Under the pieces are notes generated by a model that saw nothing but the letters and a program-made list of their open reading frames with translations, did no database searches and had not been told where the DNA came from. A DNA stretch of 64,000 bases from Ylistrum balloti (Eukaryota), in the NCBI RefSeq assembly GCF_031769215.1, contig NW_026782257.1:1-64000 (forward strand), written 5' to 3'. Below, one piece after another: positions 10,519 to 24,509 of this stretch (its first letter is position 1; every line of letters begins with the position of its first letter). A program made the translations under genes and the position numbers.

Positions 10519-12482
10519 ATACCTGGTTATAATCACTGCAGTGATACCTGGTTATAATCACTATGGCAGTACCTGGTTATAATCACTATGGCAGTACCTG
10601 GTTATAATCACTATGGCAGTACCTGGTTATAATCACTACTGAGATACCTGGTTGTAATCACTGTGGCAGTACCTGGTTATAATCACTACAGTGATACCTG
10701 GTTATAATCACTATGGCGGACCTTGGTTATAATCACTATGGCGGACCCTGGTTATAATCACTATGGCGGTACCTGGTTATAATCACTATGGCAGTACCTG
10801 GTTATAATCACTACTGTGATACCTGGTTAATCACTATTGCGGTACCTGGTTATAATCACTATGGCGGTTCCTGGTTATAATAACTATGGCGGTACCTGGT
10901 TATAATCACTATGGTGGTACCTAGTTATAATCACTGTGGCAGTACCTGGTTATAATCACTACTGTGATACCTGGTTAATCACTATTGCGGTACCTGGTTA
11001 TAATCACTATGGCGGTTCCTGGTTATAATAACTATGGCGGTACCTGGTTATAATCACTATGGTGGTACCTAGTTATAATCACTATGGTGGTACCTAGTTA
11101 TAATCACTATGGCAGTACCTAGTTATAATCACTATGGCGGTACCTGGTTATAATCACTATGGTGGTACCTAGTTATAATCACTATGGCCGTACCTGGTTA
11201 TAATCACTACTGAGATACCTAGTTATAATCACTATGGCGGTACCTAGTTATAATCACTATGGCAGTACCTGGTTATAATCACTACAGTGGTACCAGGTTA
11301 TAATCACTATGGCCGTACCTGGTTATAATCACTACTGAGATACCTAGTTATAATCACTATGGCGGTACCTGGTTATAATCACTATGGCAGTACCTGGTTA
11401 TAATCACTACAGTGGTACCTGGTTATAATCACTATGGCGGTACCTGGTTATAATCACTATGGCGGTACCTGGTTATAATCGCTACGGCGGTACCTAGTTA
11501 AAATCACTATGGCCGTACCTGGTTATAATCACTATGACGGAACCTGGTTATAATCACTAATGTGATATCTGGTTGTAATCACTATGGCGGTTCCTGGTTA
11601 TAATAACTATGGCGGTACCTGGTTATAATCACTATGGTGGTACCTAGTTATAATCACTGTGGCAGTACCTGGTTATAATCACTACTGTGATACCTGGTTA
11701 ATCACTATTGCGGTACCTGGTTATAATCACTATGGCGGTTCCTGGTTATAATAACTATGGCGGTACCTGGTTATAATCACTATGGTGGTACCTAGTTATA
11801 ATCACTATGGTGGTACCTAGTTATAATCACTATGGCAGTACCTAGTTATAATCACTATGGCGGTACCTGGTTATAATCACTATGGTGGTACCTAGTTATA
11901 ATCACTATGGCCGTACCTGGTTATAATCACTACTGAGATACCTAGTTATAATCACTATGGCGGTACCTAGTTATAATCACTATGGCAGTACCTGGTTATA
12001 ATCACTACAGTGGTACCAGGTTATAATCACTATGGCCGTACCTGGTTATAATCACTACTGAGATACCTAGTTATAATCACTATGGCGGTACCTGGTTATA
12101 ATCACTATGGCAGTACCTGGTTATAATCACTACAGTGGTACCTGGTTATAATCACTATGGCGGTACCTGGTTATAATCACTATGGCGGTACCTGGTTATA
12201 ATCGCTACGGCGGTACCTAGTTAAAATCACTATGGCCGTACCTGGTTATAATCACTATGACGGAACCTGGTTATAATCACTAATGTGATATCTGGTTGTA
12301 ATCACTAGAGGGACACCTGTTTATAATCACTATGGTGGTACCTGGTTATAATCACTATTGCGGTACCTGGTTATAATTACTACAGTGATACCTGGTTATA
12401 ATCACTAGAGGGACACCTGGTTATAATCAGTACAGGGACACCTGGTTATACTCACTTTGGCGCTACCTGGTTATAATCACTA
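10519..12482. repeat. 25-bp minisatellite (GGTACCTGGTTATAATCACTATGGC), ~78 copies, with a 723-bp higher-order duplication
   Basis: Period 25 (CTATGGCAGT at 10561/10586/10611). The variant pattern starting at ~10858 recurs at 11581. Confidence 0.95.
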
Positions 12483-12884
12483 CAGCAGTGCCTTGTAGGC
12501 TGGTAATACTACCAACAGAAATAACATGTTGAGACAGTTCATAGAGCCCTTTATACTCATCCTCAAAGGTACAAAGATAACTACATAAGATGGTTAATCT
12601 ATGTGGATTGTTCAAGTGACTATTAAACTCTCTGATGGGAAATAAACAACAAATACAAAATCTAATTCTACCATATTTATAATTTCAGATAACAATTCAT
12701 GTTAAACATGCATCTGTTCACTATACAATATGTAACTTCAATACAATTCACCTAACCCAATCGTATGTCCAGCCACTGGCATTGTCACTGAAGGGAGATA
12801 ACCCACTATATCACATCTGGTTATCTCCTAACAATGGGACTACAATTATTGTCTTCATCTCTGCCATTGCATTAGAAAAGTCAT

Positions 12885-13940
12885 CTACTGGTGACCTCTA
12901 GAAATACATTTCAGTGTAGGACATCACAACACTGTATCAGAGGTTGTGGTCTGATGACCTCTACAATACAATACAGTACAAAACCTGATAACACTGTATT
13001 AGGAGTCATGTATGGGTGATCTCTTCAATACACTCTGTATATGAGATCACAACACTGTATCAGAGGTCATGTACTGGTGACCTCTACAATACAATACAGT
13101 GCAAGACTTGACAACACTGTATCAGAGGTCATGTTCTGGTGACCTCTACAATTCACTACAGTGCAAGACTTGACAACATTGTATCAGAGGTCATGTACTG
13201 GTGACCTCTACAATACACTACAGTGTAAGACTTGACAACACTGTATCAGAGGTTATGTACTGGTGACCTCTACAATAAACCTCAGTGTAAGATCTGACAA
13301 CACTGTATCAGAGGTCATGTACTGGTGACCTCTACAATACACTACAGTGTAAGATCTGACAACACTGTATCAGAGGTCATGTACTGGTGACCTCTACAAT
13401 ACACTACAGTGTAAGACTTGACAACACTGTATCAGAGGTTATGTACTGGTGACCTCTACAATAAACCTCAGTGTAAGATCTGACAACACTGTATCAGAGG
13501 TCATGTACTGGTGACCTCTACAATACACTACAGTGTAAGACTTGACAACACTGTATCAGAGGTCATGTTCTGGTGACCTCTACAATACACTACAGTGTAA
13601 GACTTGACAACACTGTATCAGAGGTTATGTACTGGTGACCTCTACAATAAACCTCAGTGTAAGATCTGACAACACTGTATCAGAGGTCATGTACTGGTGA
13701 CCTCTACAATACACTACAGTGTAAGACTTGACAACACTGTATCAGAGGTCATGTTCTGGTGACCTCTACAATAAACCTCAGTGTAAGATCTGACAACACT
13801 GTATCAGAGGTCATGTACTGGTGACCTCTACAATACACTACAGTGTAAGACTTGACAACATTGTATCAGAGGTCATGTATTGTTGACCTCTATAATACAC
13901 TTCAGTGTAGGACATCACAACACTTTATCAGAAGTCATGT
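12885..13940. repeat. 62-bp minisatellite, ~17 copies, two interleaved subtypes
   Basis: GTGACCTC at 13201/13263; unit TGACCTCTACAATACACTACAGTGTAAGACTTGACAACACTGTATCAGAGGTCATGTACTGG. Confidence 0.95.
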
Positions 13941-15212
13941 TTCTTAAACTGAAATGATTTGCTTGTGTTGAAGTTCACTAACATTTTGGCCCCTGGTAAG
14001 TGTTTTAATGTTTTATTATGAATCCTAATTTCCTGCAATAGGCCACCTTAAAAATTCCTGAAATCTCACATTTTTTCCAATTCTCAGCTTCTTAAATTCT
14101 AATTCATCAAACAATAGGAACAAAAACTGTTAATCACTGAATCACAATTCTTGGAGAACATTATACCTATATATTTCAAATACTGTCACATTTACACAAT
14201 GTGTAGGAATATATTATCATATTTATTTATATATACAACGTAAAACTATCAAATTTTGTTCTATAATACACAGGAAAGATTTAAGTTTAACATGTATATA
14301 TCTCAGTGTAAATACTGTACATATACTATACATAATAATTATACATATATACATAAGTATACATATATACTTACATATGTATATGTGTGGGTGGGTGTGC
14401 GTGAGTGTGTGTGTAAATATAACTATATATCACACAATCTTAATGCTTTTACTGACAAATGCACCACAAGAAATAAATGTATTACCGGTAGTATGATTTG
14501 CACTTTATTCCTCAAAGAAAGAACTGTCACACAATGTGTTAATATATATTGGGTACATATAATACTTACACAATGTATTACATGTATATATCTAATTTAC
14601 ATATAGCAGGCTGTCTTCAGAAACAAACTAAGTTAGTTGCAATTAAAATTTGTGAAATTTTAACACATTATCTGACAATACACAGAAACTTGACGAAAAT
14701 TTTGAGAACCCACTATATCTCTTTGCAATTGGACTCATCAAAATTTTGGAAATAGTGCTGAGGATTCACAAGAAAATATCCTGTAAAATTGACTTCCCTT
14801 GAAGAATCTTAAAGGCCAAATATCAACCTTCTCATACAATAACTGAATATTTTAAGAATGAATTTGCACCAACATTTTAAAAAAGAATAACACAAACATA
14901 AACACCAATGTGACACAGATGAGCCAGGGCTGTGCACGTAGCTTCTGTACAATTCATTTTAATATACTCATATGACCTCTGAAATAAAGTTACATATTTC
15001 CACTGATTCTACATAAGGATTTCAATACTTCAATCACAAAAAAACAAACATGTACTTCATTTTAGATGTTATATTTATGGTCCTAAGTATTCAGTATTCC
15101 TTCACTAGTTTGTGAGAGTTCTAATTCTGTCAAAAGCTGATTATTGTACAATGTGAAAAGTAAGGTTCAAATCTATCCAGAATTCCTGCACTACAGTAAT
15201 AGAAGTTTAGCC

Positions 15213-18200
15213 TCAAGGTGTCTGTGGGTTGCTATCCAGCCAGTCTTCTATCACACTAGTAATGTCATGGCGTTCCATGTCTGGATGCTGAAGGAGTTCG
15301 AGTAATTGGGCCAGAGTGAGGCGATGACTTCGACCTAGGTCCATAAGTAGCTGGTAGGCTGGCTCCTTGTGTGTGTCATAAAGGGCGATTTTATCTCCAG
15401 TGAGACCCAGTAATCCTGTAACAAAGACCAGTGAGATTTATTTTTAATTCATAACACAACATAATCAGTATTATCCATACTGGAAATAATTGGAAATAAA
15501 AACTGATTTATAAATCTTACCCCAAAAACATTAATTGCACAAAAGTTAGATGAAGTCGGTGAAGTAGTAAATATGGGTAACTGTGACCTAAATAATATAT
15601 TGGTGTAGCATTCCTCAGTGTTGTATCGTATCACCAGAGTGATACCATAAAATACTGAACTATATCCAAAACTCGCCATAATCCTGTTAAAATAACTAAA
15701 TAACCATCAGAAGACATGCATACCTCCAAGGAGCTTCCAGTCATTACCAAAGGTAGTTTCCAGGTGCAGCTTCTGGCTGATCGTCCTCAGTATCATATGA
15801 GGTAACTCGTTCATATACTTTGCCATCTGTAACAGGTTACACAACAGATTGTTATATTTCCAACATAACTGTATATTTTGATTCAGTTTGATTTAGGAAG
15901 CTATCTTTCCTCTTCAAAGAATCCATCATCAGTTTAGGGTTGAACCTCATTATCTCACATCTTATAACTTTAAGACCTGATATACTTTAAAGTATTTTGT
16001 TAGTCTCAGCCATACTTCACACTAATCATTCAAACTTTGCTTAGATTGAATACTTGGATAACTCGAAGTCTTCAAATGGTTGTACCAACTTTAAGATAAC
16101 GAGGTTTGACTGTAAAACATTCAAAACATTCAAATACTTTACTGTAGTTTTATTAATGCTATTATAACATCTTAATCTTCATTGACCATTTTCAGGACAA
16201 CAGAAAAGTTGAACTAAAATATGACACTAAACACAGATTTATTTCTCAATGGATACTGACCATGTTCGGTAGCCATATTTTGATCTTGCGATGATTGTCA
16301 AGCTTCTCGCTGCAGCATATCTGTCGTTTACTCAGGTCAAGCACATGCATGTCTGAATGGTGCTGGTTGATGAAAAGACATCTGTCCTGCAGTGGACAAG
16401 ATGGACCTAACACATACTTGACCTCTGACCCCAGTGTAGCCTTACATACTTTAAGCAACCACTGGTACAATACATAAGGCTTGGAAGCTGTTTCTGACCT
16501 GCAAACCAAAACATGTTTGAGGATGATGTAGTATAGAAAGTGTATGACAACAACTTCTGGTGTATTAAAATTTTGTAATTTTTGTTCAAATTGTATTAAA
16601 ATTTTGTCATTTTTGTTCAAACTGTATGTGGGAAAGACAATAAAACAAAGGTCTGTTCTGTTGACAGTAATATCTCAACCCTTAAATAAGAGTTTGGGTT
16701 TTGGATGGCCAAGCCTCATGCTGACCAGCCAAACTCCTACACTTGGGTAGAGATCTCCTTACCATCAGAGAAGACCATAGTAATCTATTAATCTTTGCTA
16801 GGGTACCTACCTAGCAAGGTTGATCTGTATTCGATCACGAAGCTTGTGATGGTGAAGGGTGATGTCGTATCCAAGGTGTGACAGACAACAGGAAGATGGA
16901 CCTATCATGGCAAGGTTGTGAATATCACTGCTGTTGTTGATAGCAAAGGCCAGCTGGTAAAACACCAAACTTGATGTATGCATGCGAAAGTCTACATATA
17001 AACACAGTTCTGTTGGTTCTGTTGTAGGAGGTGCTAGTGTGCTCTGGTCCGTAATCACATATGGCACTAGGTAATTCACTCCTCCTGATTCAGCCCCAAA
17101 TGATTTTTGACGGAATATAAGTCCAAATATTTCCAGGAGATGCGTGATTTTTTCAACCGAGTGGCTGTGACACTGCTGTGAGATGATATCTGTGAGGTCT
17201 TCTCCTGTTATGAGGCCAGTGCTGAGCCCCCGAACCCCTTTCTGGCGAGCCCCCTCCAAAGATTGCACTCCTTTGAGCTGTTGCAGAAAGACATTGACAT
17301 TCTGCACACAGTCCAGAAGAACTTTGGGATCAATGAACAAAAACTTATCAAGGTGTAGAACATGGGGTAAAGTCAATGGCGCCGCCTCTGAAACCATGGA
17401 AACAATTGTCAACATCAAAATATCTCCTACATGTATATCATCACTATTTGATGGCAGTTCTTTTCTCAAACAATTTTTCTAAAACATTATAAGATGAAAA
17501 ACATAAAGATTATCTGTAACTAATATATACTGTTAGGTCTAGTTGAACTATATATTGTACCTATAGCTTGTTAATATTAAAGTGGAACAAATTTCCTAGT
17601 TATATGTATATTTTTAAAGTGTAGCAGTTACCCTGACCACAATATAGTGCTATGGATCACTTGGATTAGGTTGATGATAACCGACATATTCACCTGGTAA
17701 TTAACATAATCTGGGGAATTCATAATTATTTTCAGACTTCAGGCCACCCTACATCTGTTGTTGTTATAAATCTGAAACTACAACATCTCGTAATGACTGG
17801 CCATCCCAACCCACATTTATAATACTACTAAATTTATAACGTCTGTACCCTATGTTATCCATCATACAACTCATTATCAGCAATATCATAATCTAATCGT
17901 CTCTCATGTGCGATTCACTTAATTGAATTTTGCAACTGAATTAAAATCCTTTAATCAATATTCATGGATTAGAACAAGGATAATATACACCAATTATTTC
18001 CATAGCATGATTGATAAACAAACAAGAGGCCCATATGTATCGCTTATCTGGATTTGCTTTGCTGAAATGCTTCATAAGATTAAGGAAAGGAAAATCTAAA
18101 TATCCCAATTCTCTGTCCCTTTCCAGGCATCAGTCAAACTATTCATACTTCAGACTAAATCATTCTTACAGGTTACGTAGGATTTTAAAGGAATTGCCAC

Positions 18201-21200
18201 ATTTCCAATATTGAGCCCTGCACCTCCTGCCCCATGGGGCCGGGACAAACTGTACATACAAACCCAATTCCCCTTCATCCAAGAATGCTTCAGACCACAA
18301 TTTAAGCAAAATCCATCATTCCTACTGGAGTAAGATTTTAAAGACTTTCCTCTAATCCCCTACTGGGCTCTGCCCTTCCTGCCCCATGGGGCTGAGACCC
18401 ATCATTTATACAAAATTGATTCCCTTTAAACCAAGAATGCTTCAGACCACATTTGGGCAAAATACATCATTCCTACTGGAGTAGGATTTTCAGTGTTTGC
18501 TCTTTTTCCCCTATTGAACCCCACCACTCTCACCCCATAGGACCCCAAGTAAAAGGGTTTATATAAAATTTGTTCCCCTTCCCCAAAGAATCCTTCTTTA
18601 AATAATCATAGTCAAAATCTGCTTCGTTGATCATGACTAGTAGCGAGCTGTAGAAAAAGTTGACAGACAGATGACGGACACCACGGTATGCCAATAGCTC
18701 ATGGCCCTTTGGGGCAGGTGAGCTAAAAAAAAAACAAAGTTAGCAGGGATTCACGATACCTCCCAGTCCTGCATTTCTACTTCTGATCTAAATTTGTGGT
18801 CAAGGGTGACCTTTGCCTTTAAACAGTCAAAATAATAAGGTGTAGAGAGACCTTGGTGGGACGAGTATAAATTAAATCTGTGCATGTGTTCACGGATGTA
18901 TAATCATAAACACAGGGAAGTTATAATAATCCCTTCCTTATGTAAGCTGGGGGTATAATTACTACATACTTCAACAGCAGATTATCCTGAATCTATCTGT
19001 TCAGAACGTACAGTTACATAGAGTGCTAAGTAAACTCACAGCTGATTTCATTGTGATTCATCTTTGCATTGCTACTGAAACAGACACTCGAGACTGAATT
19101 AATTTAGCAATCAGAAATGGGGTTTCCTTGTGTGTTTAAAGGAAGACTGTACTTTGAATTTACAATGAGGTTTAAAATTTATTTAAAGTTAATCACCTGT
19201 ATTTATGACACTGTAATTATGTAGATGTGAATGAAAGCAGGTTTACACTTAATGAATGTATAGTTAGATTGAATTATATCTTACTTGAAGAGAGAATTTC
19301 GCCAACATTTTTTAAGTCCGTCCAGACTATCTGCTGGAGGTCCTGACCTCCTCCTGGTACCTCGTCCTGAAACATGATTGAGAATTCTACCTCGTCAATG
19401 AACAGTTTCTGTTTGCCAGTCCTCACTGACTCAAATTGAAGCATCATTGCCACAGATGGCAACGATATCTTCTGCTTGAGTGTCATCTCACCAAGAACCT
19501 TCCAAAGTCCACGCTGAAGTCGACGACTTGCATCGCTAGTCTTGGCACCCTCAACTCCAGGGCAAAACAGTTCTGGCATGGGCACATTGTACTTCTGAAT
19601 CTGCTGGCCGAATGGCAGATAAAAAAGTGTGCGTACTTCATCTACGCCCACAGAGGCATCATTGTTCAATAATCCATAGGTCAGAATTGGGCATTCATAA
19701 CCATCAAAACACCTTATAGTATGAATCACATTTTGTAGACGCTGAATCTCTGTATGCGTAGATGTCACAACTTTTGCCCCATCGAATGTCAACACAAATA
19801 TGCTTGTCCTTGTGAATAAATACTGACAACAATGATGGAAAAATTTGTCGTCTGGGCTAAATCTATCATCAGGCATTATAAAGAACTCTACGTTGATGGA
19901 GCCTTTATGGATGAAGGAACTTGCGTCATCTCGGTCTCTAAATATGTCACTTTTTGTTAGAGATTCATTGCTGGCATGTAACCTTGAAGATGGCTCATCG
20001 TTAAGAAGATAATCAAATGAAGACCAGGATGTAAAACTTATGGCGCCCTCTCGGTCCATTCCCATGGTGCACTTAATACATTGATACAAGCCATTGTTAC
20101 CATCAGAAGACACCATGCCTGGCATTAACAGTCGAGCGAGGGCTCGAGCTTCACTACCACACAGAAACACACGTACTTTGGGCAGATTAATTGTTCTGTT
20201 TAATTCAAACAGGTCAACATTAATATCCTGTGGGTCCTGTGGATCGTTACTCTCAGACAGTGGTGTCACACGGTAGCTTTTGCCACCACGTAGTACTGGA
20301 TCACACAAGACAGGGCGTGCCTTTCCTGAGTTGTGAGATGGCAGGCGTTGATATGCCGGCATCTTGGGTGGTTCAGAGGCCAGAGGAAGACCAGGGACTG
20401 ATGGATAATGTACATCTGGGTCTGGCAAGGACGGGGTTGGAGGAAATATATTCTGGGACAGACCTTCAGGACGTTGTAGAACTATTCGTACCGTAGTCTC
20501 CTTAGCCAAGAGGTCCGGTATACTGCTGGCCTATGGACAGATAAACACTTTTAAATCAAGGCTCAATCAAATGCCAAGTTTCCTAATGTAGTGTCAGATG
20601 GTGGTCCTTACAATATCAGTGTCAGTTCTGTCACCATTTAAGGACAGAAGCTTGACTTCCAGCATAAATTTTATGATTTATGTCCTTAGGGCTATGGCAG
20701 GAATAACTTAGCCTAAGGGGCTCTTGAAGGATCAGTGGTCATGGTGATCAAAAACATAAGGTTATGACTTACCTCCCTTGGGCTCTGGAGGGGCTGCCCA
20801 TTGACAGAGCGAATCCAGTCACCAACCATGAGCTTACCATCTGCGGGTCCATCTGGCGTGATACACTCCACCAGAGTGTACAGGTCATCAGCGTTCTTAA
20901 ATTACAAACATAAGTAAGGTTAAACAAGTACAGATATATTGTACAGCTTATTCTAAACTTATTGTACAGCTTATTCTAAACTTATTCATCAGAAGTAAAG
21001 TTCATATTGAGTGATAACATTTGTTCTGGACCTAACAGAAAATTAATGAAATTCCGAGTAAGATTGCATTTACATCCTGCGGATACAGTACAGTTTTAGG
21101 AGTAGTCTGATTATATATCAATACTGACCACAACCTTTTGCTTACCTTTGACATTTTGACTTTGAGTTTGAAGCCAAAGGAGCCTCTAGCTCCACGTGTG

Positions 21201-22240
21201 AGAGACACTGTCTTTGTGATGGGATCCCAATGAATGAAGTGTGGGAACCGTAGCAAGTCATTAGCATTGGTGCTTGGTCTCACCAACAGATGGTTACTCA
21301 TGGTTGGAGGGAGAGAGCTGCATGTACGACCATTGATGTCAGTAATAGCTTGTGTCCTGCTATCTACTGTTGGAAGGGATGTAGTCCGATTTTCCTCGCA
21401 TGTACCTGACCCAAGACCAGTGCTGTCATGGAATGGTCGGCTGTCTTGTGACTGATGCCCCTCCAGTCCCTGTAAGAGAGGCTCTGACTCGACAGGGCGA
21501 CGTTTACTATCAGAACCCTTACGCATACCTGTACAGGACCGACAACTACTGTTGGACACCTGGTCCCGACTTCTTTTGTTGCTGATGCTGACTAGAGAAC
21601 AGACGATGACCTCTGTGATGGTGGTGGACAGACTTGACAAGAGTCCCCACAGTTGTGTTGGGGTAAGTGAGGTAACGTCCTGACGATTGATACACAAGAT
21701 ACGGTCAAGCAGCTGCAGGACATCACCCTGACCGAGACAGCATTCTGGTTTAACCTTAGTCACTATTGAAAAAGTCTCGTTGTTACCCTGTCAACACATG
21801 GTTTCAGCTCAATGAAAATATTGTATTATAACTTTCTTTATGGACAAAAAATAGACATAGATTTCCCAAAACAATTGTTTTTATTTTCTTTTATTTTTTT
21901 TTTTTCAAATCCATTTTTCAGAACAAGTGAAGAAGTAGTTATGTGTGTTGTGTATCAATGGGAGAAATACTGTGACAACCAATATATGAATATTTGACTG
22001 TACAAAATAACATCATCCAATTTACTGAAAATTATTACATTTTATTATAAGATAAATTGCTTAAACTATGCTGAGGTTGATGACCTTGACCTGTACCTGG
22101 ATAATGTCGACCTTGATGCCTAGTTTTCCACTGCTGGTTTTGGTGAGGCTGATGCGCCTTGTGTAGGACCAGAGTACCCGATCTGGATCGGTCTTGAGTA
22201 TTTTGATGGCTTGGTGGATGTCATTGGGGATGGCACCCAT
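15213..22240 (-). CDS. PDZ-PDZ / degenerate Roc-COR / death-domain protein, 1152 aa, 9 coding exons: 22240-22097, 21787-21146, 20895-20773, 20530-19285, 18851-18760, 17478-16811, 16498-16261, 15826-15724, 15415-15213
   Basis: All junctions are GT-AG with matching phases (0,0,0,1,0,2,0,1), 3459 nt in total, and an in-frame stop lies 3 codons before the ATG. PDZ1: RRISLTKTSSGKLGIKV...DRILCINRQDV. PDZ2: KTVSLTRGARGSFGFKL...GDWIRSVNGQP. Roc-like: HHCCQYLFTRTSIFVLTFD...PILTYG. COR: FIDPKVLLD...LLEIFGLIF...YLVPY. Death domain: NDWKLLGGLLGL...PAYQLL...LTLAQLLELLQHPDMERHDI. Confidence 0.85.
18021..18727 (-). mobile_element. Non-autonomous Helentron-like (HINE) element with ~153-bp internal tandem repeats, intronic
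   Basis: Termini AACAAGAGGCCC and TAGCTCA...TGAGCTAAAA (hairpin), an ACAG microsatellite near one end, and internal repeat CAAGAATGCTTCAGACCACA at ~18280 and ~18433. Confidence 0.65.
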
Positions 22241-24509
22241 CGCTAAGCTTCATATCAAGGCTTACATGATGACAGGTGACAGTTCTGTAATTACAGGTAA
22301 ATACAGGGTAAATGTTACATAAGCACATGTGATATCGTTATATTACCATCATATCTCAGCCAGGTCATACGACTGAAAAAGACAGATTTGTAACCAAATA
22401 CAGGATAAACATTGAAATTAGCGATAGTCAAATGCATGCTAATATATATACCCATGAAAACATACAAACTTTACATAGCATGTATGATGACAGGTTGTAA
22501 GTTCCAGTGGTACGGTGAGGGCTCTATGGATTATACCCAGTGATCAAAGATACACAGTTCCCGAAAACAACTAGATCTATATATAGGGTTTTATAAAGCA
22601 ATACATTGGTGTCTTGTGGGTTTTAAATTAATTAAGTAATTTCGAAATAAGGATTGTATATATATATTGTATATAATCACTGCCTTACAAACAGATGGCA
22701 TGAGTAGCTATATGGTAAGTATTAAACATTGATTGGTGTTGATAAGAATGAGTCATCAATCAGAACCTATAACAGAGCATGTTTGACTACAGTCATACCA
22801 CATACCCTGCCCAGCTTACTCCCGCTTGAAATGTAATCGATGAACTGTTATGAATTTGTGAGCTTGTTTCTCGCAATATCGTGACTGCATTCACACGGTA
22901 CACCAGGATATACCTCCCATGAACATGAAAATTAATTTCTGACCTGTTTTTTGTTTGTTTTGTTGGATAATGACAGTACACACTTTGTAATATTAATAAA
23001 CACTGACAGTTTGAATGTAAACATATGGTGTACATGTAGCTTATTTAACACTTAAAGTCACGAGATAAATGGTGAGAAATATTGGTTCAGAAATGTTGGT
23101 TGCTCTGTCCCTATATATTGCATGTTACAACAATGGTAGCCTACATGAATCTACAAAGTATATACAAAGTTTATCTACTAGGATATTGCAGACGGTCATG
23201 ACAAAAGAGCCTTGTTAAAGGAACCTTCATTGCTGTTGGGATCTAATAACAAACTCTATTTTAACGAAAATACTGAAGTGAAATACATGTTTGTTAATTT
23301 ATATATTCAAATTTTTAATTTCAAAATTATAACTGATTGCTTATCTCAAACCAAAGAGCTGATGAGAAAATGTGGACGATTAGATATGCATGCGTAAATA
23401 GTTATTTTACACCAGTTTTGTATCTAGTGGTCCCCTGTATAATTTTCATAAATGCCATGCTGTAAAAATAATTTTGTAGATGAATAAGTTTGATACAATG
23501 ACATAATGTGTGTCAACTGCATTTTTCTGTTTGTAATATCCAGTATATATGGTACATTTAAGGACATTGGACAATTTCTTACCATTTTATTTTGCTACTG
23601 ATATGACGCTAAGGTACCTGTAATTCACAAGGCGCTGCCACTCCCTATGTTTTTGTGACTGACGTAATAGATATAGCCACCCGATAACCCGATCGGTGTT
23701 AACAAGTAGGTCGACTGACTTGTTACCTCTTGTCAATAGTTTACTATTAGTCAGAAGCCTATTTCATACATCAAAAAGATCTTTTATAAGCAATGCATTT
23801 AGATAACAATAGGTAGAAAACTGAAGCAAATGAATACATCTGTGTTTGGAAAAAATTACCAATATTTACCAATTGGGCAAAATTAAATGGTAGGTTTATG
23901 TTTAAGCTTATATCAAAGTTAAAAAATAAACAGTGTCAACTAACTATATAAATGATTGTCTTGAACGGCTGGTCACTTTTAAGTTTTAATGCAGAGAAAA
24001 ATGAGAACTTAAAACTCTTTGATTAAAAATAAAACAAGGACATAGACTTTGAGATCTACCGTCCTTGTTTATTTGTAAAATATATATATTTGAAGTGAGA
24101 AACATGGAAAACTTAAGTATGGAAACCATTTATTGTTTATGTTCAGTTTAAAGTTCCGTTGAAAAGATCAATATAATAACAATATAGTAGCATAACACTG
24201 TGAATATTAAAATCAGCTGATCATACCTTTATATTCCCTTCTTTTACCAAATGGTAATGATAGAATATTTGTCACTTAATTTCAGTGATGCTGGATCAAT
24301 AAAGTATTCTATAACCGCTCAAGAATGACAAAACAGTTAAATGGTTTATACACTTTAATAAAATACAATACAGCATCTAATAGTCAGATATGTAAAATTG
24401 CAGGAAAATAAAACATAATCGGTGATAGTGCAACATTACTTCAAACATTAGAATTCTAAAAACATTTTGGAGATTCACTATCATAGGTTTATGAAAGCGT
24501 TTTACCAAC

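Noticed and set aside
10271-10519. 82-aa plus-strand ORF (MSLTSIKNISGPSIEPWGTP)
   Set aside because: It is the usual antisense shadow of the LINE RT motif GVPQGSILGP.
10519-12482. CRISPR-like regular repeats
   Set aside because: Units are head-to-tail with no unique spacers, there are no cas genes, and the context is eukaryotic.
14256-14755. 116-aa and 68-aa ORFs
   Set aside because: They start at TTG or run through AT/GT low-complexity sequence downstream of the PDZ-Roc stop; there are no coding features.
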